NCBI GenBank assembly: GCA_965223665.1
Contig: OZ245011.1
Span: 1,728,001-1,792,000 of the forward strand
DNA length: 64,000 bases
From: Nitrospinaceae bacterium
Lineage (GTDB): Bacteria > Nitrospinota > Nitrospinia > Nitrospinales > Nitrospinaceae
Direction of reading: 5' to 3'
This document shows positions 58,982 through 64,000 of this stretch, one piece after another. Below the pieces are notes generated by a model that made no database searches, had not been told where the DNA came from, and worked only from the letters and a program-made list of their open reading frames with translations. Made by a program: the position numbers and the translations under genes. Position 1 is the first letter of the stretch, and every line of letters begins with the position of its first letter.

Positions 58982-59908
58982 TTACTTGACTTGAATACAA
59001 TTTCTTCCTCTTTCTTTAGCTAAATACATTGCCTGGTCTGCCCTTTCAAACCATGTTTCTTCCGTATCTTTTTTATTTAGTGAAGTGAGGCCAATAGTAA
59101 TGGTGACTCCCAACTTCTGCCCCTCATGTAAAACCTTTAAATATTCTACATTTTCACGAATTCTTTCAGCCACAACTTGTGCGGACTCGGTATTAATTCT
59201 CTTTAGAAGAATGGTGAACTCTTCTCCACCATAGCGAAACACTAAATCTGATGGTCGAACTGAATTAACGATAGATGCCGCAACGACTTTTAAAACGTTA
59301 TCACCCACTTTATGTCCATATGAATCGTTAAAACTCTTGAAATGATCAATGTCAACCACTGCAAGAACCGTCGGTTCTTCATAACGTTTAAATTGTCGAA
59401 TGGTTTGTTCCATGGACATATTATAAGCAGTTCGGTTTAACGCCCCTGTTAAGGAATCCACCAGAGCTTTCGTTTTCCACTTTTTGGTTTCATCGCCTTC
59501 ATTCGAATCAATCGCGTCAATGACAACATCAAAAAATCCTTTCTTGGAAAACTTTTCCTTAACAATATAATCATTGGCACCCCCTTTGATGGCCTTGACC
59601 GCAACCGACTCGTCCCCCTGCCCTGTCACCATAATGACGGCACCCTGATATCCTTTTTTATTAATTAGCGACAGAAACTCAATCCCATCCATGTCCGGCA
59701 ACATATAGTCAAGCAGGATACAGTCCGGGTTTTCTTCCAAGCAAAGCTGCACTCCCTGCTCCCCCGTTTCACCGATAGAAAATGAAAAATTAGAATTCAC
59801 ATCATTTCCCAATTCGCGCAGGTAGAGGGCGCAATCGTCCGGATTGTCCTCCACAATCAGAATTTTTAAATTCTGAATTTTATTATCCAATGTTTTTTCA
59901 GCGTTCAT
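58982..59908 (-). CDS. Response regulator diguanylate cyclase (REC-GGDEF), paralog 1
   Basis: Same motifs; same length (308 aa) as 57991. Confidence 0.93.
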   Translation of the reverse strand: MNAEKTLDNKIQNLKILIVEDNPDDCALYLRELGNDVNSNFSFSIGETGEQGVQLCLEENPDCILLDYMLPDMDGIEFLSLINKKGYQGAVIMVTGQGDESVAVKAIKGGANDYIVKEKFSKKGFFDVVIDAIDSNEGDETKKWKTKALVDSLTGALNRTAYNMSMEQTIRQFKRYEEPTVLAVVDIDHFKSFNDSYGHKVGDNVLKVVAASIVNSVRPSDLVFRYGGEEFTILLKRINTESAQVVAERIRENVEYLKVLHEGQKLGVTITIGLTSLNKKDTEETWFERADQAMYLAKERGRNCIQVK

Positions 59909-60629
59909 TTTCCTCCATCACCTTGGGCCAAAAAAAGCGAAATGTGGCTCCTTCTTTCGACTTAGACTCCAACTCTATGGTTCCCCCGGAATCTTCTATT
60001 ATTTTTTTTGCAATTGGCAACCCCATACCCGTGTTTTCCATTTGACTCTGCGGAATCAAAGATGAAAACACCTTAAATATTTTTTCACTATATTTGGTAT
60101 TAATACCAGGTCCATTATCCTTAACTGAAATTTCAATAAAATTACCTGCCTCCACCGCAAATAATTCAACCCGAGGATGTTCACTATTATTGAACTTAAT
60201 GGCGTTTTCAATCAGACGGCTCAATACCTGCTGGAACTGAGAAAGATCCGTTTTAATTTCCGGTATTTCCGAATGAATCTCAACAGCAACCTCTTCAGGA
60301 AGCTGCAGCTTCTGGATAATGTCCTGAACACATTTTTCGAAGTTTAAAGGTTCAACCTGCAGAGACCCTTTCCCCACGCGGGATAACTCCATCATGCCAT
60401 CAACCATTTTTGTCAGTTTTTCAACTCGATTCTGGATTAACTCCAGGTTTTTCCTGGCTTCTTCAGGAACCTGATCTCCAAAATCTTCTTTAATCCATTC
60501 AGAAAGATTTTTGATGGACCGAATGGGAGCCTTAAAATCGTGCGACACCGTAAACACAAAGTCCTCAAATTCCTTTTGGATTTTTTTTAATTCAGCCAGT
60601 AATTTTTGATCCTGTAATTTTGATGCCAT
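59898..60629 (-). CDS. Sensor-less histidine kinase (HisKA-HATPase)
   Basis: FVFTVSHDFKAPIR, LIENAIKF, DNGPGI, TGMGLPI; no input domain. Confidence 0.9.
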   Translation of the reverse strand: MASKLQDQKLLAELKKIQKEFEDFVFTVSHDFKAPIRSIKNLSEWIKEDFGDQVPEEARKNLELIQNRVEKLTKMVDGMMELSRVGKGSLQVEPLNFEKCVQDIIQKLQLPEEVAVEIHSEIPEIKTDLSQFQQVLSRLIENAIKFNNSEHPRVELFAVEAGNFIEISVKDNGPGINTKYSEKIFKVFSSLIPQSQMENTGMGLPIAKKIIEDSGGTIELESKSKEGATFRFFWPKVMEENER

Positions 60630-60737
60630 TAGTCTTTCAAAACTTTTTAACTGTGTTATATTTTTAAATGATAGTAATTGAGAACTTTAACCGTTTTCAT
60701 TCCTCAATTTTTCACCTCTTTTTAGAAAGCCTTCCTT

Positions 60738-61154
60738 ATGATTAAATCTCTTTGCATGATTGACGACAACGAAATCGATGTTTACCAGGTTGATCGAATC
60801 ATTAAAAAATCCGGTTCGGTTGAACATTTTTATTCTTTTGCCAACGGCCAAGAAGCTTTGGATCACTTTAACGACCTCAATAAAAGCCAGGAGAAATACA
60901 ACGGATATTTTCCTCCAACTGTTATTCTTCTCGATATCAATATGCCCATTATGGATGGCTTTGAATTCCTTTCTGAATATTCCAAACTTCCCGAAGCAAA
61001 AAAAGAAAGTATCATTGTCATCATGCTCACTTCATCCAATCAACAGAGCGATAAAGAAAAAGCCTCCGAATACTCGGTGATCAAAGACTTTTTTGTTAAG
61101 CCCTTCAAACAGGAAGATATCGAAAAAATCATCCAGATTGCCCAATCCAGTTAA
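60738..61154 (+). CDS. Single-domain response regulator
   Basis: MIDDNEID, ILLDINMPIMDGFEFL, MLTSS, FVKPF. Confidence 0.93.
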   Translation: MIKSLCMIDDNEIDVYQVDRIIKKSGSVEHFYSFANGQEALDHFNDLNKSQEKYNGYFPPTVILLDINMPIMDGFEFLSEYSKLPEAKKESIIVIMLTSSNQQSDKEKASEYSVIKDFFVKPFKQEDIEKIIQIAQSS

Positions 61155-61205
61155 GGGTGCTTCCCTTTCAACCTTCATTTTTTGGGTGGAATATTCAGAA
61201 AAAAA

Positions 61206-62786
61206 CTAATGCACCCTGGTTACAGAGCGAAAGAGAGGCAGCCGGATTTTAAATACACTGCCCTCTTCGCTACTTTCATATGTAATTTCTCCATGAATTT
61301 TATTAATATTCTTTTTCACAAGATAAAGCCCCAGACCGCTGCCAAAGGACTTGGATTGATGAAATCGTTTAAACATTTCAAAAACCTGATCCTTATATTT
61401 TTCCGGTATTCCCAGTCCATTGTCAGACACTTCAATATGAATCTCCTCATTGGATTCTGAAAATTCAATGTTCACAAACCGATGCTTTTTCTCCGGATCA
61501 GAAAATTTCACCCCATTGGAAATCAGATTTTCCAGTACCCGAGTCATAAGTTTTTGGGGAAGCCACATTCTTTGAAATTCGTTCTCCCGGATTCGCACCT
61601 CCACCTGATATTCCCGGATAAGAGTTGCTAAATTTTCTTTAACCGTTCCTACCAATAATTCCACATTAATTTCTCTATAAGGGTCACTTTCCCTGTCAAT
61701 TTTAGACGCATCGACAAGGTCATCGACTAATTTTTCCAGTTTGGTGGTGAGCTTATTGACTCGGTCAATATTGGTAGCTACTTCTCCGTAATTTTTTCCC
61801 TCCAAGTCCTCTTTCATAAAAGAGCTCAATCCGCGAATATTTATCAGAGGAGCTTTCAGATCATGCGAAGTACGGTAAGAAAACTCTTCCAATTCCTTGT
61901 TGGCTTGCAAAAGAGCTTTCTTGGTAACATCCAAAACTTGATAGGGATGAAGAATGATTTTCTTTCCAATGAGAAATAAAATGACAAAAGCAATTCCTGC
62001 CAAATACAATGTATTAATACTAAATTCGTTCAATAAGTTTCTTTTTTGTTCCAGAATGTTTTGGCGATCGGTAATTTGGGTAACTTCCAGGTTATAATCT
62101 TCAATGAGAATGCTTTCGGCATGAGGCTTCACGATACTTTCCACATGGGATCGAACATGGATGCCGTCTTTCGCGTAAGCCACGGCAAAGCTTAGATTAT
62201 TCTTTTTTACACTTGGAAAGATTTTTTCTGGCTCGGCATTGAACCGGGAAATCAAAATCCCCTCTTTTCCATTTCGATATCGTACCGGGACGGCCATTTC
62301 AAATTGCGGACGATCGTCCATGTAAACCAGATTTAGAATTTGATCTTCGCTGCCATCAATAATAGATCGTGCCCATTCGTAATTCTCATCTTCCCCCTCT
62401 GTGAGCAAAACCTTTCCTCGAACATCCAGAACGGTGAGCGTCGAATCTTCCCCTAACAATAAAACATTGGTGATGTAATCCTGAAATGCCGGGTTATCAG
62501 CGCTTCCCATTAATACCGCGCTCGCCACTAAAGGATGATTGGCAATATCTTCCAAAGCCAATTTCCGATTCCAAATGTATTGTTGAATTGTGGAGGCGAC
62601 CGTTTCCACCGCGGTACGGTCCGATTCATTGCGCAATTGATCAAATGTTTTGTCAACTTTTGGAATGAAAATCAGCAATATGGATATCAAAAATATTCCT
62701 ACCGAAACGGTAATAAACAGCATAAAAAACTGCAGCATGGAATATTTTTTATTTTGCGGTTTCAAATTTGTTTCACTCATTCTCAT
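61206..62786 (-). CDS. Membrane sensor histidine kinase with periplasmic (Cache-like) domain
   Basis: Two TMs; FSYRTSHDLKAPL; NLISNGVKF; DNGLGI; GSGLGLYL. Confidence 0.9.
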   Translation of the reverse strand: MRMSETNLKPQNKKYSMLQFFMLFITVSVGIFLISILLIFIPKVDKTFDQLRNESDRTAVETVASTIQQYIWNRKLALEDIANHPLVASAVLMGSADNPAFQDYITNVLLLGEDSTLTVLDVRGKVLLTEGEDENYEWARSIIDGSEDQILNLVYMDDRPQFEMAVPVRYRNGKEGILISRFNAEPEKIFPSVKKNNLSFAVAYAKDGIHVRSHVESIVKPHAESILIEDYNLEVTQITDRQNILEQKRNLLNEFSINTLYLAGIAFVILFLIGKKIILHPYQVLDVTKKALLQANKELEEFSYRTSHDLKAPLINIRGLSSFMKEDLEGKNYGEVATNIDRVNKLTTKLEKLVDDLVDASKIDRESDPYREINVELLVGTVKENLATLIREYQVEVRIRENEFQRMWLPQKLMTRVLENLISNGVKFSDPEKKHRFVNIEFSESNEEIHIEVSDNGLGIPEKYKDQVFEMFKRFHQSKSFGSGLGLYLVKKNINKIHGEITYESSEEGSVFKIRLPLFRSVTRVH

Positions 62787-63997
62787 TTTTTACTCAACAC
62801 GCGAATTTCATCTTTGGAACCGTAATGAGCCATACAGAGATCGTTAACATTCAATGCTTCATGGGCATCGAGATTAGACTGACTAAAAATACCAAAAGGG
62901 TTTTTATAAGTTTTAATTAAACCTTCTACGGGTTGATCCAGGTTTTCCAAGGCCGTTCGGACTTTTTGACGGTTCGATTCCATATCACTTGTCAATTTGA
63001 TTTTTTGCAGAGCACTGATAAGCAATTTGGTAATATCATAGCCGTGGATGAATCCCACCGGAGAGCGAATATCAATGGGATTCCTGATATGCTCAGGAAA
63101 GGTAAGTTTTGCTTTGGTAAATACATTTTTTCCAATCTTACTCTGAGGAGTTTTCATAAAGGAAAAACAAGATTGGATAAAAGACAGATCCACCTGTTTA
63201 CGCTTTTTGAAATTAATTTTTTTATGAAAATCACCCGCCGTGATTCCCCAATGGCTAATGACCGGTAAGCGGTGTTTCGGTTCCAGAGTTAACATGGACT
63301 CAATAATTTCTGCTCCTTCAATCGCATTCGCCACCAGCAGCAAACAGTCCGCGCCCCCTTGTGAAATATTTAGCAACATATTCCGCGCCGTATATTGTTT
63401 TAAGTTCCAATTAAATCGAGTGACTCCTGACAAGACACTCTTTTTATTCCTTAAAGCAATTTTCATATTTTTAAGATTGGAATCTCCCCATGAAGTATCC
63501 TCCAACAATAAATGTGGAGATTTGCAGGCTTTGACATTTAAAGCATAGTCGACCAAAACCCCACCGGCCATGGTATCGTCAACCGACAAACGAAATATCC
63601 AGTTATTCTGCGACGGATACCGCGTGATTGGCCCCCCCGCCGCCCAGGGCACCAAAGTGAGGGCTCGGTTCTCATTGATAAAGGTTCGGTTTTTTATCAA
63701 AGGAGGTGAATGAATTCCGGATATCACCGCCAGCGCCGTTGGGTCCTTCAAAAAAGTTTCGTAGTTTCCTAAACTCCGTATCACGTTACCGCTATGATTT
63801 TTTTTCACCAGTTCGATTCGATACCCCTGCACGCTATGATCAACTTCGCTCAACGCAGTTTGTACCCCACGCCAAATCGCCTCCGCAGATTCAATATGGT
63901 TCAACCAATCCGCATCGTGGTACAACCGAAGCACTTTGTCTTGAGCAACCGAATGGCTGGGAATCAAAAGCAATAATAAAATTAAAACAAAACGCAT
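62783..63997 (-). CDS. Periplasmic substrate-binding protein (Leu/Ile/Val-binding type 1 family)
   Basis: Signal peptide; AVISGIHSPP, LVPWAAG, WIFRLSVDD, LLLEDTSWG, HGYD; 4-bp overlap with the kinase gene. Confidence 0.85.
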   Translation of the reverse strand: MRFVLILLLLLIPSHSVAQDKVLRLYHDADWLNHIESAEAIWRGVQTALSEVDHSVQGYRIELVKKNHSGNVIRSLGNYETFLKDPTALAVISGIHSPPLIKNRTFINENRALTLVPWAAGGPITRYPSQNNWIFRLSVDDTMAGGVLVDYALNVKACKSPHLLLEDTSWGDSNLKNMKIALRNKKSVLSGVTRFNWNLKQYTARNMLLNISQGGADCLLLVANAIEGAEIIESMLTLEPKHRLPVISHWGITAGDFHKKINFKKRKQVDLSFIQSCFSFMKTPQSKIGKNVFTKAKLTFPEHIRNPIDIRSPVGFIHGYDITKLLISALQKIKLTSDMESNRQKVRTALENLDQPVEGLIKTYKNPFGIFSQSNLDAHEALNVNDLCMAHYGSKDEIRVLSKK

Positions 63998-64000
63998 AGT

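Overview
Accessory-rich 64 kb region of an AT-rich diderm bacterium. No rRNA, tRNA, CRISPR array, transposase or integrase was recognised. Left to right: (1) a minus-strand iSTAND-like / MoxR AAA+ / vWA ternary operon. Its >1190-aa vWA member (3581 to <1) is missing from the ORF track because it runs off the window; it is membrane-anchored and carries a P-domain-like module and TPRs. (2) A family of six secreted DNRLRE (CBM96-like) proteins. Five continue into a coiled coil and 7-12 hypervariable 15-aa SSVSGGxxNxASGxx repeats and end in DWxAGSLFEDx; four of these are in tandem, and copies 2-4 are each followed by a MITE/REPIN-like repeat. (3) A small histone-fold/PCP_red-like protein, paralogous ATP-grasp ligases, a Trypco2 + WSC pair, a large Cys-rich secreted protein and a ComEC-like MBL hydrolase. 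(4) CBS, PAS-GGDEF and glycosylase genes, and a pilVWX minor-pilin operon with a sigma54-type promoter. (5) A ~10.7 kb segment bounded by a ~170 bp near-perfect direct repeat that duplicates the upstream region and 5' end of an ATP-cone/endonuclease gene; it carries TIR-TM-WD40, an alpha/beta hydrolase, an autotransporter barrel, an S8 protease-vWA protein and a SLATT/DUF4231 effector. (6) A two-component/c-di-GMP signalling cluster. All domain calls come from motif recognition by eye; no database searches were run.
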